Below, piece by piece: positions 18,024-28,449 of a DNA stretch of 64,000 nt. Source of the DNA: an uncultured Gammaproteobacteria bacterium (GTDB taxonomy: Bacteria; Patescibacteriota; Patescibacteriia; UBA11705; DATKZF01). Made by a program: the position numbers and the translations under genes. Each line of letters starts with the position of its first letter. Positions within the stretch are counted from its first letter, which is position 1. The DNA is taken from the NCBI GenBank assembly GCA_964411255.1, contig CAYPKD010000001.1, forward strand, positions 71,331 to 135,330, written 5' to 3'. The notes below the pieces were generated by a model that saw nothing but the letters and a program-made list of their open reading frames with translations, searched no databases and was not told where the DNA came from.

Positions 18024-21000
18024 TTATTTTAATATCTGTTCTAATTTTGTATCAAATTCTGTACTCTTATTAATCTTAAAATTTGTTTTTATCATTTTAT
18101 TACCGATTCGCAAGACAATTAATTCTTCCCCAGGATATTCTAAAAATAATTCTTTAACCTTTTCAGCCAATTCCTTGCTAGCCCCTTTGGGATACTCTAT
18201 TGTAATATGCTTTGGCTGCTTGGTTGAATTAGAAGACTTTTTATATGATGAGTATCTGTTATTTTCATTTAATACAACCGGCCGATTTTGAAAATTATTA
18301 ACAATCATGTTTTTGTTTTGATCATTTATTTCATAGCCTTGATTAACCAAAACTTTCGGTTCTCCGTCTTTTAATGAAAACTTTCCCTCAACGATTAGAA
18401 CCTTTTCTTCCTGCCAAAGCGCCATTGTTTCCTGAAATATTTTTGGAAATACTAAAAGCTCCATACCAGTGATAGCATCTTCGATTCTGACAAAAAGCAT
18501 TGGATCTCCTTTTTTAGTTAAAATCTTTTTAATATTGGTGACCACACCTGCAATTCTGATTGGATAACTTTCTTCTTTTATTTTTTTTGCTTCAAATAAA
18601 CTGGTGGATATTGCTGATAATTCTTTTTCAAAAATTTTATAAGGATGTTCTGAAACATAAAGACCTAAAAATTCCCGCTCCCAGGATAATATAATCTTTT
18701 TATCAACCTCTTGCGCTCGACTTTCATCCAATAAAAGCTGGGGGCCAGAAGAAACGAACAGGGCAGCCTGTGTGCTGTTTTGATCCTTTTCCAGTTCTTT
18801 GAGAAAAAACAACATTTTGTCAATATTTTCATTTAAATAATTTCTTTTACCAAACCTATCAAGAGCTCCGCTTTTAATCAAACCTTCAATGGATTTTTTA
18901 TTTAAAACTTTATTGGTACATCTTTTCAAAAAATCTTCTAAAGAATTGAAAAGTCCATTGTCTTTTCTTTCTGTAATAATTGCTTTAGAAACATTTTCAC
19001 CAACATTTCTGATGGCTGAAAGGCCGAAGCGAATCTCTGGACGCTCAGTTGTTAAACTTTCTTTTACCACAGCAAACCGGCCAAAACTTTCATTTACATC
19101 AGGTGGTAAAATTTCAATACCCAGCTGGCTGCATTCATCAATCTCAATTGCAATTCTGTCCATATTATCCAGATCAGCAGTTAAGAGAGATGCCATAAAT
19201 TCAGCTGGATAATTTGCCTTTAAATAAGCGGTTCTATAAGCAATCAAAGCATAACAAGCTGCGTGACTCTTGTTAAAACAGTACTGGGCAAATGCTTCCC
19301 ATGTTTTCCAAACTTCCTTGGCAGTTTCTTTTGTAATTTTATTATTAACGCAGCCATTTATAAATTCATCTTTCATTTTGGCCATCAAATCAGCCTTTTT
19401 CTTTCCCACTGCCTTTCGTAAAGTATCAGCCTGCCCGCCGGTAAATCCAGCCATATCTTTTGACAAGGCCATCACTTGTTCTTGATAGACAGTAATACCA
19501 TAAGTACTGGATAGTGCCTTTTCCATTGACGAATGCAGATATTTAATTTTTTCTATGCCATGCTTTCTTTTAATAAAACTATCAATAAACTGCATCGGCC
19601 CTGGTCTATATAGGGCGACCATGGCAATAATATCTTCAAAACAAGTTGGCTTTAGCTGACGTAAATATCTTTTCATGCCACCAGATTCAAACTGAAATAT
19701 GCCAGTTGTTCTACCTAGTTGAAATAATTCATATGCTTTTTGGTCATCAAGCGAAATTTTTTCAATTGGCAACTCAATTTTGTGTACTGCTTCAATGATT
19801 TCAATTGCCTGTTCAATTATTGTTAAATTTTTTAATCCTAAAAAATCCATTTTTAGCAATCCAACGTCTTCAATTTTATCCATTGAATATTGAGATACAA
19901 TTGCTTCATCTCCGCCGCTGGTCGAATACTGGCATGGCACGAAATTATTCAAAGGTTCTGGGGCGATAACCACTCCGCAGGCATGAGTTGACGCATGCCT
20001 GGCAACTCCCTCAAGTTTTTTGGCAAAGTCCAAAAGCCGCTTAGCATCAGCGCTTGAATTATATACATCTCTAACTTCTGCCACTTTTTCTGTCGCATCG
20101 CTTAAATTCATTCCCATTGGAATCATTTTTGATATTTCATCGCAAAATGAATATGGCATGTCCAATACTCTGCCAACATCCCTGATAGCAGCCCTGGCAG
20201 CCATAGTTCCAAAAGTTATTATTTGTGCTACATGATCCTTGCCATACTTTTCTTCTGTATAGCGAAGTACCTCGTCTCTTCGCTTATCTGCAAAATCAGT
20301 ATCAATATCAGGCATTGATATTCTGTCTGGATTTAAAAATCTTTCAAAAAGCAATCCATATTCCATTGGGTCCAGATCTGTTATATTAGTTAAATAGGCA
20401 ACAATACTCCCTGCTGCTGATCCTCTGCCTGGCCCGACTGCAATACCCTGGCCTTTTGCCCAATTTATAAAATCCTGAGTAATTAAAATATAGGATGGGA
20501 ATCCCATTTTCTCTATTATTCCCAATTCATAATTCAGACGATCAACAATTTCTTTCTCTTTATCTGATTTTATATTATTAATATCAATTTTATATTTTTC
20601 CTTCAAACTGTTATTACAAAGATCTCTTAAAGTCTGCTCTGCTGTCTTTCCTTTTGGTAAATCATACCCTGGCAATAATATTTCGCCAAGCTTAATCTCA
20701 AGGTTACACATTTCAGCTACTTTATTGGTATTTTCAATTACTTCCAAATTACCCCGGAAAAAATCAGCCATCTGATCAGTAGTAAAAAATGAAAAGTCCT
20801 CACCCAGCATGGTCATTCTCTCTGTATCTGTAATTTTCTTTTTTGTCTGTAAACAAATTAAAATGTCATGGGCCTCTGCGTCTTCTGTATTTAAATAATG
20901 AACATCATTGGTGGCTACCACTGGAATACTATGTTTTTTTCCTAAATCAAAAATCGCAGCATTAACCTTTTTCTGCTCAGGCATATTTGGATGATGCTGA

Positions 21001-21518
21001 ACTTCTAAAAAATATCTGTCGCCAAAAAGCTGCTGATGCTTTTGTATAATCTCTTCTGATTTTTTCTCATCATTATTTAAAATTGCCCTTGGCAGCTCGC
21101 CCTGAAGGCAGGCGCTTAGGCAAATCAGTCCTTCTGAATGCTGTTGAAGAAGATTCCAGTCTATTCTTGGCTTATAATAAAAACCCTCCAGATGGGCAAT
21201 GGTTGTCAGTTTGATTAAATTTTTATAGCCTGCTTCATTTTGAGCAAGTAAAATTATATGGTACCTTCCGGTTCCAGTACTCGGATTCTTATCTTTGTGG
21301 TTAGTTAATGCCAAATATGCCTCAACACCAACAATAGGCTTAATATCTGCTGCCAAGCATTTTTGATAAAATTCAATAGCACCATACATTACACCATGGT
21401 CAGTCAATGCTAAGGCAGTCATACCGTCTTCTTTAGCCTTATTTACCAAATCATCAATTTTTACCAGGCCGTCAAGCAGGCTGTAATGGCTGTGAATATG
21501 TAAATGTGTAAATTTCAT
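18024..21518 (-). CDS. dnaE: DNA polymerase III alpha subunit
   Basis: PHP domain MKFTHLHIHSHYSLLDG. Polymerase core and OB-fold are present. The start was trimmed to the Met of MKFTHLH. Confidence 0.9.
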   Translation of the reverse strand: MKFTHLHIHSHYSLLDGLVKIDDLVNKAKEDGMTALALTDHGVMYGAIEFYQKCLAADIKPIVGVEAYLALTNHKDKNPSTGTGRYHIILLAQNEAGYKNLIKLTTIAHLEGFYYKPRIDWNLLQQHSEGLICLSACLQGELPRAILNNDEKKSEEIIQKHQQLFGDRYFLEVQHHPNMPEQKKVNAAIFDLGKKHSIPVVATNDVHYLNTEDAEAHDILICLQTKKKITDTERMTMLGEDFSFFTTDQMADFFRGNLEVIENTNKVAEMCNLEIKLGEILLPGYDLPKGKTAEQTLRDLCNNSLKEKYKIDINNIKSDKEKEIVDRLNYELGIIEKMGFPSYILITQDFINWAKGQGIAVGPGRGSAAGSIVAYLTNITDLDPMEYGLLFERFLNPDRISMPDIDTDFADKRRDEVLRYTEEKYGKDHVAQIITFGTMAARAAIRDVGRVLDMPYSFCDEISKMIPMGMNLSDATEKVAEVRDVYNSSADAKRLLDFAKKLEGVARHASTHACGVVIAPEPLNNFVPCQYSTSGGDEAIVSQYSMDKIEDVGLLKMDFLGLKNLTIIEQAIEIIEAVHKIELPIEKISLDDQKAYELFQLGRTTGIFQFESGGMKRYLRQLKPTCFEDIIAMVALYRPGPMQFIDSFIKRKHGIEKIKYLHSSMEKALSSTYGITVYQEQVMALSKDMAGFTGGQADTLRKAVGKKKADLMAKMKDEFINGCVNNKITKETAKEVWKTWEAFAQYCFNKSHAACYALIAYRTAYLKANYPAEFMASLLTADLDNMDRIAIEIDECSQLGIEILPPDVNESFGRFAVVKESLTTERPEIRFGLSAIRNVGENVSKAIITERKDNGLFNSLEDFLKRCTNKVLNKKSIEGLIKSGALDRFGKRNYLNENIDKMLFFLKELEKDQNSTQAALFVSSGPQLLLDESRAQEVDKKIILSWEREFLGLYVSEHPYKIFEKELSAISTSLFEAKKIKEESYPIRIAGVVTNIKKILTKKGDPMLFVRIEDAITGMELLVFPKIFQETMALWQEEKVLIVEGKFSLKDGEPKVLVNQGYEINDQNKNMIVNNFQNRPVVLNENNRYSSYKKSSNSTKQPKHITIEYPKGASKELAEKVKELFLEYPGEELIVLRIGNKMIKTNFKINKSTEFDTKLEQILK

Positions 21519-21561
21519 ATAACACGATTTTATCAAAAAATCACCTAATTCACAAATGCCA

Positions 21562-21642
21562 GCCATCATGGCGCTGCGCGCAGCGCGTAAGGACAGGTCG
21601 CGACCTGTCCCTACAATCCGCCATCAGCGGATGCATGATGGC
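21562..21642. repeat. GC-rich nested-palindrome element (three perfect hairpins closed by a 9-bp outer stem) in the dnaE 5' region
   Basis: GCCATCATG [GCGCTGCGCGCAGCGC] [GGACAGGTCGCGACCTGTCC] [CCGC-CATCA-GCGG] CATGATGGC. ~70% GC in AT-rich DNA. Confidence 0.5.
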
Positions 21643-21646
21643 CGGC

Positions 21647-21679
21647 AAAAAAAAAACGTCCCGAGCGTAGCCGAGGGAC
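21647..21679 (-). terminator. intrinsic terminator after CDS 21705..23702
   Basis: Minus-strand hairpin GUCCC..GGGAC followed by U10. It shares the core cgagcgtagccgag with 23731-23748. Confidence 0.45.
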
Positions 21680-21704
21680 TCCAAATTTTTACTTTTTGAT
21701 TTTC

Positions 21705-23702
21705 TTAAAATTCCACCCTAAACTCCATATCCTTTGCCATATCACCCTGCCACTCTACACTATCTCCTTTTCTATTAAAAATAGCACTTTGGCCTCTAAA
21801 CGGCTTTATAAATTTCATTTCCACACTCAATCCAGCCACATCTAATCCTGGTTGTTTTTGAATTATTAAATTATATTCCTTTTCCCGTAATTGATTTCTT
21901 ACCTTTTCCGGCAGTTTATAAACTATCTCAACTGTCTTTGACTCTTTTGGCTCTACTACAAAAAAGTATCCGAATGTTTGCTTTCCCAATTCTTCAAAAT
22001 TGTCAATCTCTGTCAAATCCACTAATTCATTATCAAAACGATAACTGATCAATTCACTTCCCAAAGGAACATATATTCGGTTATATGTGCGGTAACGGGT
22101 CGTTTTCCAGGTAAACTGGCCAGTGTTTTCATAAAATAGCTTCACTTTGGCATATAGACCGTCTTCCTTTTCCTCCAAATAATAATGATAACTTCGATTC
22201 ATTGTAGAATCAGTCTTTAAAGCAGCTAAATTTGCGTCAACTACTGCCAAATAATCATCATCACCCATATACACTTCACCTGTCCAGTTTAAGTCTGAAA
22301 TCTGATTCTGAACATCTGTTTGCTTTAAATATAATAATAAATGCTTTTCCTCGAGATTTTGCTCAATTGAACTTAGTAATCTTACCCATTCGCTTCTGGG
22401 AAGATTAAAAAGCCGGTTCAATATTTCTTTAGACAAATCACCAATAATCGCTTTTCTTTCAGCTTCAGGAATGCCTTCTTCAGCAAAGCCTTTTTCAACT
22501 TCAAACTGAAGCTTTTCAGTAAAATTTCCTTGGGTAAATGAGATTCCATCAACTTCAATCGGACCAGTTATATCAAGCAAGCTTTCAATAAAAGTCTGAT
22601 CAATCGCTACCACGCCGTCAATCTGATGAACTGGGCCGTTTTCTAAATGATAAAAATTTTCAACTTTTTTTGCTGAAGTCGGATAGTCATGCCACCAGTT
22701 TGCATCTCGCATAAACCAATAATCTTGCTTCATGTAATCCTTAAACTGTTTTGGTGTAGGAATTTTAAGATAAGGTCTGGCAGGATAATCAATATTATAA
22801 ATATTATCAGTGAAAAAACTTAAAAATTCAGCATCTTTTACTTTTATAATTCCATATGTACCGATAAATCCTCCGCCTGGTCTGAGCTCATCATTATTTT
22901 GTAGTAAAAACAAATAATTTTGCTGTCTGTCATAGCCCATTATGTCTGGTAAAATCTTCCCATAAACAGCTATTTCTCTAAAAAGCGGTTCATACTTCGG
23001 TAAATCTTCGCTGATTGGACTGGCTGCTGCTTTAATTAATGGAAAAATCGGCCGGTCATTGAATTCATCAAGCTGTACCATTGCTAGCTCAAGCTTGTCC
23101 CTTATTGAATCAAGCTGCGGACCTGCTTTCTTTAATGCTCCTAAAATTTCGTGCTTTTGCTGAACTGATATATTTTGAAAACTTAAATCTTCTGTTTGTA
23201 AAATATCAATAAAAGTAATTCCAAGACGCGATACTTCTAAAAGCGAATCAGAAATCTGCTCACCTATTTCTAATAAATCATCGATTCCTAAAAGCTGCTG
23301 ATGAATATAATTGATTCTTTTATAATAACTGCCTAAAAGCGGATGTAATTCTTCCCGGGCATGAGCAAATCTGTCAGAGGCTTCTGTTAAAGGCTGTTCG
23401 GCCTTGTCAAATTCCGCATTTTCCAAATAATTTTGAGCTAATTTTACATTTTCTGCTGCTGCATGGACATCCAGATAAACGGTTTTGAATGTTGAAAAAT
23501 AAGGCAGGAATAAAATTGCTAAACTGACAATTGCCACAATTAAAAAAATGCCGATCGCAACTAAAATGGACGGCATTACTCTTAACACTCCAATAAAAAA
23601 TTTTCCAACAGCCTTCAGGCCTTTCTTTTTATTTTCTTCTACTAATTCATTGTTATATTGTTCAAGCATGGGTATTTTTGTTACGAGATATACAAGATCC
23701 AC
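21705..23702 (-). CDS. membrane-anchored large extracytoplasmic protein, unknown function
   Basis: 665 aa with an N-terminal TM (ILVAIGIFLIVAIVSLAILFL). Conserved-looking but unrecognised. Confidence 0.65.
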   Translation of the reverse strand: MDLVYLVTKIPMLEQYNNELVEENKKKGLKAVGKFFIGVLRVMPSILVAIGIFLIVAIVSLAILFLPYFSTFKTVYLDVHAAAENVKLAQNYLENAEFDKAEQPLTEASDRFAHAREELHPLLGSYYKRINYIHQQLLGIDDLLEIGEQISDSLLEVSRLGITFIDILQTEDLSFQNISVQQKHEILGALKKAGPQLDSIRDKLELAMVQLDEFNDRPIFPLIKAAASPISEDLPKYEPLFREIAVYGKILPDIMGYDRQQNYLFLLQNNDELRPGGGFIGTYGIIKVKDAEFLSFFTDNIYNIDYPARPYLKIPTPKQFKDYMKQDYWFMRDANWWHDYPTSAKKVENFYHLENGPVHQIDGVVAIDQTFIESLLDITGPIEVDGISFTQGNFTEKLQFEVEKGFAEEGIPEAERKAIIGDLSKEILNRLFNLPRSEWVRLLSSIEQNLEEKHLLLYLKQTDVQNQISDLNWTGEVYMGDDDYLAVVDANLAALKTDSTMNRSYHYYLEEKEDGLYAKVKLFYENTGQFTWKTTRYRTYNRIYVPLGSELISYRFDNELVDLTEIDNFEELGKQTFGYFFVVEPKESKTVEIVYKLPEKVRNQLREKEYNLIIQKQPGLDVAGLSVEMKFIKPFRGQSAIFNRKGDSVEWQGDMAKDMEFRVEF

Positions 23703-23762
23703 ATAATATCTTGTATATAAATCTTGCCTGCCTCGAGCGTAGTCGAGAGGTACATCTTGTAA

Positions 23763-24557
23763 TTAACTTTTCCGATACTTCCACATGTACTTCAACCAAC
23801 TCTGAATATGAATCCTGGTTAATTTATTTGAAAACACCTGATACCAGCTATTATCTGCAGATTCTCTGCGGTGAAGATGAATTACTTGGCTTTCAGGATA
23901 AAATACCACCTTTTTTCCTAATCTCGTAATTTTCCTACATAAATCCATATCTTCCATATACATAAAATACCTTTCATCAAAATAATTTATCTGCTTTAAC
24001 AAATTACTTGAACAAATAAAGCATGAGCCTTGTATCCAGTCTATTTCCTTTGTCGTCCGCCGATCCCAGTTTGTCATTAAAAATTCATCCAGATGTTTTT
24101 TTCCCATCTTTGTTTTGCCTAAAAATGTTCGCCGATAAATCGGCGTGGTCCATTTATGGAAGCGGTAGCTGGTGTCTTGCAAACTGCCATCTGGATTATT
24201 TATCCGAGGCGCAACTAAACCGACATTATTTATCTCCTCGCTTTTAATATAATTATACAACTTTATTATAGAATTGTCTTTAACAAAAATATCAGGATTC
24301 ATTATTAATATATATTTACCATTCGCTGCTTTTATGCCTGCATTATTTCCACCAGCAAATCCCAGATTTTTACCTACCTGAATAAATCTAACCTGAGGAT
24401 ATTTTTCATTTATCATTTTTTCAATATTGTCCTGTGAATCATTGTCAACCACAATAACCTCAGTTCGTTCTGGTAAGTCACTCTTCAATAAATCTTTTAG
24501 CACAAATTGAACTAAATTTTTATTTTTATAAGTTAAAATTATTATTGATAATTCCAT
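23763..24557 (-). CDS. glycosyltransferase family 2
   Basis: MELSIIILTYKNKNLV...VIVVDNDSQDN is a GT-A DxD fold. Confidence 0.8.
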   Translation of the reverse strand: MELSIIILTYKNKNLVQFVLKDLLKSDLPERTEVIVVDNDSQDNIEKMINEKYPQVRFIQVGKNLGFAGGNNAGIKAANGKYILIMNPDIFVKDNSIIKLYNYIKSEEINNVGLVAPRINNPDGSLQDTSYRFHKWTTPIYRRTFLGKTKMGKKHLDEFLMTNWDRRTTKEIDWIQGSCFICSSNLLKQINYFDERYFMYMEDMDLCRKITRLGKKVVFYPESQVIHLHRRESADNSWYQVFSNKLTRIHIQSWLKYMWKYRKS

Positions 24558-24619
24558 ATACTTTCAATCCCTCCATATTATTTCCTGTAATATCCCTAAC
24601 ATTCCGTAAATCCGTAACC

Positions 24620-25597
24620 TCAAACAAACCATTTCTCAATCTCAGCAAACTCCACTTTTTTTCTATCCATAATATATTTTTTCTTATCCAAAAACTTTTT
24701 TTTATTATGTCTGATTTCTTTTATTGCCCGCAAACTACCCTGTTCAGCAAAGAGAATATACAAAAATTTCTTTATTTCATATAATCTTATTCGCCAATTG
24801 AGTTTTGGTACATTTTTTAGTAATAAATAACGATGGTTTCTATAAGAATGGAAATTGGCAAATTTGGGCTTTTGCTTTCGGTTGCTTGCAACTTGTCGAT
24901 CAGTTAAATTTGCAGCTGGTCCGCTGACTGACCGGTCATGAAAAGCTATTGCCTTTGGCATTCGCCAGGATTGCCATCCTCTCCAGCGGAGTCGGTAAGC
25001 TAAATCAATATCTTCTTTATACATCCAAAAATCTTCATCAAAAAACTGTCCGTTTTCAACCACATCTTCCAATGCCTGCCGTCTATACATCGGCGCTGCT
25101 CCTGATACTCCAAAAATCTCTTGATCTTTATCAAATTGGCCATTATCCATTTCACCGCTGCCCAGATCAACAATGCGATGATTTTTATATATTGCCAAAC
25201 CTGCGCTATCTATATAATTTGTTTTTTGCTTATTTTGCCAGCTCATTAGCTTGCCAGTCACTGCCCCAGCCTGCGGGTGTCCATCCATAAAATTTGCCAA
25301 CTTTTCAATAAAACGTGATTCTAATATAATATCCTGATTTAACATTAATACATAGTCACTTTTTGTCCAGTGCACTGCCTGATTATGGGCTTTGGCAAAA
25401 CCATGATTTTCCCGATGCTCAACAATTTTTATATGAGGATATTTTTCCTTAATAACTTCAACTGTATTGTCTGTAGAAAAATTATCAATAATCAAAAGAC
25501 TATAGTCCTTATAGGTCTGGTTGAATAAGGCTTTTAAACAGTCTAAAACATATCTTTCACCATTCCAGGTGACTAAATTTACAGAGACTTTTGACAT
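24620..25597 (-). CDS. glycosyltransferase family 2 (rhamnosyltransferase-like)
   Basis: VNLVTWNGERYV...LLIIDNFSTDNT. Start taken at MSKVS. Confidence 0.8.
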   Translation of the reverse strand: MSKVSVNLVTWNGERYVLDCLKALFNQTYKDYSLLIIDNFSTDNTVEVIKEKYPHIKIVEHRENHGFAKAHNQAVHWTKSDYVLMLNQDIILESRFIEKLANFMDGHPQAGAVTGKLMSWQNKQKTNYIDSAGLAIYKNHRIVDLGSGEMDNGQFDKDQEIFGVSGAAPMYRRQALEDVVENGQFFDEDFWMYKEDIDLAYRLRWRGWQSWRMPKAIAFHDRSVSGPAANLTDRQVASNRKQKPKFANFHSYRNHRYLLLKNVPKLNWRIRLYEIKKFLYILFAEQGSLRAIKEIRHNKKKFLDKKKYIMDRKKVEFAEIEKWFV

Positions 25598-25610
25598 AAT
25601 CATTAAAGTC

Positions 25611-25690
25611 GCTACATAATCTACAGATCTGTTACTGATGTTACAGATATCTGTAGTATCTGTAGCGGATCTGTAGATCTCGTAGTATCT
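25611..25690. promoter_or_regulatory. cluster of ATCTGTAG/CTACAGAT inverted and direct repeats in the promoter region of the GT2 gene
   Basis: ctacagatctg...ttacagatatctgtagtatctgtagcggatctgtagatctcgtag, including the perfect palindrome ACAGATATCTGT. Confidence 0.4.
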
Positions 25691-25693
25691 AAA

Positions 25694-27193
25694 TTATTTT
25701 CTCACCTTTGGCGTTACAAAAAATCCCAAATACTTGCCAAACATAAGCCGCGTCTGCGCTTCAGCCGCAGGGATTGATCCAAAAACAATTAAAGTAATTG
25801 GCAGCAATATCCATTGTAAAAGCATTACTAAATATTTAAATCGACTATGCGTTTTCGGTCTGGGCGGAAGCAACAAAATGCTTAATATAGCAGAAACCAA
25901 AATTCCAGCCATGGCAATGGTCATTAACCATTCTAATACAAAAGGTGCATTCTGCACAAGTACATTTGAAGACTCTGGCTGATACTGTACCCACCAAAGC
26001 GGCAGCCGTCCGAGAATAAATATTAGAATCGGCGCAGTTACCCATGAATACATTCCTTCGGTAATATTAAATAAATACTTGAACCGCTTGGCAAATGGAA
26101 TTTTATCCTTTTTATGTTTAAAATGCCAGACCATGTATGGAAAATGCTCAACCCCATATCCCCATCTTCTCTGCTGCTTATATAAATTTTTAAAATTGTC
26201 CCAATAGCTATCGGCCAATACAGCATCCATTGAAACAGGAATATGAATCGGCGTCACTGAATAATCTCCATTGTATTTCATAAATCCCTGCAGGAATATT
26301 CTAGAATCATCAGTCACTATATCATGCTGCCAAAAATCAACATCAACCAAAGCCTTCCAGCTCATGCTGTGTGAAGAAAAGGTAAAAAGCCTCTCTGGCC
26401 GCAGTAAATCTGATAAAAGCCAAAAAACTGTACCAAAAGCTGTCACTCGGGTGGCAATAGGCGCATCCCATATATTATTACTATATAAAACCGCTGGCTG
26501 GTATGATGTTCTTGTTGGATTTGGATGAGTTAAATATTTATATGCTAAACAGGCAAAATATTTTGGATGAACCACTGTATCAATATCAAAATATGAAACT
26601 ATAATATTTTCATACGGGATTTTCCATTTATTATCTATCAATTTTTTAACTTCGCGTCCTGCATATGCGGCATTCGCTCCCTTGGCCTTCATCTCTCCTT
26701 CCACTCCATCTGGATGTAAAGTTATAACAAATTTATAAAATTTGTCACCGTACTTTTGTTTTATCTGCTTTGAAACTTTTTCAAATTGTTCTTTTACTCT
26801 TTCTTCTCCTGCTAAAACAATGATGACTTTGTCTAAAGGATAAGTTGCATTAATCAAATTTTTAAAAGTAGTATCCAGGACTTCAAAAGGTTCGCCATAA
26901 GTAGGTAAAAAAACTAAATGATATATCTTTTCCCAGTCTGGAATTTTCTTCACTGCTGCTACCCAGTCATATTTAATGGCTTTGCGGTATTTTCTCCAGG
27001 CAAATGCAATATAAAAAATAAAATACGAAACCCTAAACACCCAATAAAGGTCAAATGCGATTATAAAATAAATAGCCCAAATTGGTTTTATAAATGACAA
27101 AACAATTGCGCCAATAAAAGTTGCCCAAATCAAACTACCTGGAATTACTTCCAGGAATCTGTAATATTTTGATTTTGGAGGATTCGTAGCCAT
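25694..27193 (-). CDS. processive GT2 membrane glycosyltransferase (cellulose/chitin-synthase-like, QxxRW)
   Basis: N-terminal TMs, VFLPTYGEP, FDIDTVVHPKY and QQRRWGYG (QxxRW), then C-terminal TMs. Confidence 0.75.
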   Translation of the reverse strand: MATNPPKSKYYRFLEVIPGSLIWATFIGAIVLSFIKPIWAIYFIIAFDLYWVFRVSYFIFYIAFAWRKYRKAIKYDWVAAVKKIPDWEKIYHLVFLPTYGEPFEVLDTTFKNLINATYPLDKVIIVLAGEERVKEQFEKVSKQIKQKYGDKFYKFVITLHPDGVEGEMKAKGANAAYAGREVKKLIDNKWKIPYENIIVSYFDIDTVVHPKYFACLAYKYLTHPNPTRTSYQPAVLYSNNIWDAPIATRVTAFGTVFWLLSDLLRPERLFTFSSHSMSWKALVDVDFWQHDIVTDDSRIFLQGFMKYNGDYSVTPIHIPVSMDAVLADSYWDNFKNLYKQQRRWGYGVEHFPYMVWHFKHKKDKIPFAKRFKYLFNITEGMYSWVTAPILIFILGRLPLWWVQYQPESSNVLVQNAPFVLEWLMTIAMAGILVSAILSILLLPPRPKTHSRFKYLVMLLQWILLPITLIVFGSIPAAEAQTRLMFGKYLGFFVTPKVRK

Positions 27194-27213
27194 AAATCGT
27201 ATTTTTCATAATT

Positions 27214-28362
27214 TTATTGAAGAAAAAACTCTTCTACCAAGGTTACTATAATACCCAAAACAAACAAAATAATCAAGCCCCAACCCAATACTTTAAATTT
27301 TGGCAAATTATACTCAGGTTTTCGTTCTTTTGACTTTTTCGCTTTCCAATAAGTTAAAATCATTATGACCCCAGTCAAACCAACTGCCACACTTCCCACA
27401 ATTGTTATAGTTTTTATAAAAAATCTGTTTCCTAATAAAAATATTATCAAAGGCACAAAAGAAACAATTAGCCAGGAATAAATCCTGTTCAATCTAAAAT
27501 CATATCTGAAAAGTTGATAAGTGGCCACTCCAATTGCTAAAAAACTGGTGAACATAGACAAAATGGCAAATAGATTTGCCCAAAATAAAATTTTCGGTCC
27601 TAAAGTTTCACCTAATCCCACAGTAGCAATTTCTGTCGTATCCAAACCGGTTAGGCCAACAATCAAATACGCAAATAAAGTATAAAGCACTATTGGAATA
27701 ACACAAGCTAAAACAATGGCGCTTTTTATTTTTTTTCTGTCCTTATCTAAAATTTTTCGAACCGAATATATTGAATAAATACCACCATATGCAAACAATA
27801 ATACTCCATATGGTACAAAAAATTGGCTTAGATCTATGCTTGATAAATTCTGATAATCAATATTTGGACAAATTATTATAGCAATAATAATAATTGCCAC
27901 AAGTAATAATAACATCATTATTAATTCTGCTGCCTTTACTATTTTCAGACCAAGCCAAATAAACAGCGCTCCTATCGCTACAAAAATCAAACTATACCAA
28001 AATGAATTACCGCCAATAATTGCCTGAACAGCTAAGCCAATACCAATCACATAAGCAACCAGCGCTCCAAAATTAGCAAACAGCATTGAAAAGCCTTCCA
28101 CTGCACCTGCCCATTTGCCCACATACTTTTTTGCATATCCCATTAGCTGGTGGCGAATCCTTGATCTTAAAATTATTTCTCCCATCATTAAATTGACAAC
28201 CATGATTGCCAGACCAAGTAAAATAATCATCACTAAACCAGGCCAAAATCCAAATCTGGAAATAGCATATGGTATTCCTAAAATTCCAGCGCCAACAATT
28301 GTACCGATTAATGTGGCCACTGCCTGCCAGTATGAGTAATTTATTTTCATATCTAAATTCAA
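27214..28362 (-). CDS. polytopic membrane transporter (amino-acid permease-like)
   Basis: ~11 TM helices. The N-terminus ...IGTIVGAGILGIPYAISRFGF resembles the Trp/Tyr permease and amino-acid transporter families. Confidence 0.55.
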   Translation of the reverse strand: MNLDMKINYSYWQAVATLIGTIVGAGILGIPYAISRFGFWPGLVMIILLGLAIMVVNLMMGEIILRSRIRHQLMGYAKKYVGKWAGAVEGFSMLFANFGALVAYVIGIGLAVQAIIGGNSFWYSLIFVAIGALFIWLGLKIVKAAELIMMLLLLVAIIIIAIIICPNIDYQNLSSIDLSQFFVPYGVLLFAYGGIYSIYSVRKILDKDRKKIKSAIVLACVIPIVLYTLFAYLIVGLTGLDTTEIATVGLGETLGPKILFWANLFAILSMFTSFLAIGVATYQLFRYDFRLNRIYSWLIVSFVPLIIFLLGNRFFIKTITIVGSVAVGLTGVIMILTYWKAKKSKERKPEYNLPKFKVLGWGLIILFVLGIIVTLVEEFFLQ

Positions 28363-28449
28363 TTTATCGATTTATAATTATTAAATATTTGAAAATTATA
28401 TCATTGAAAATTTTTTGCTAAATTGTTAAATTGGAAATTGAAAATTTTA

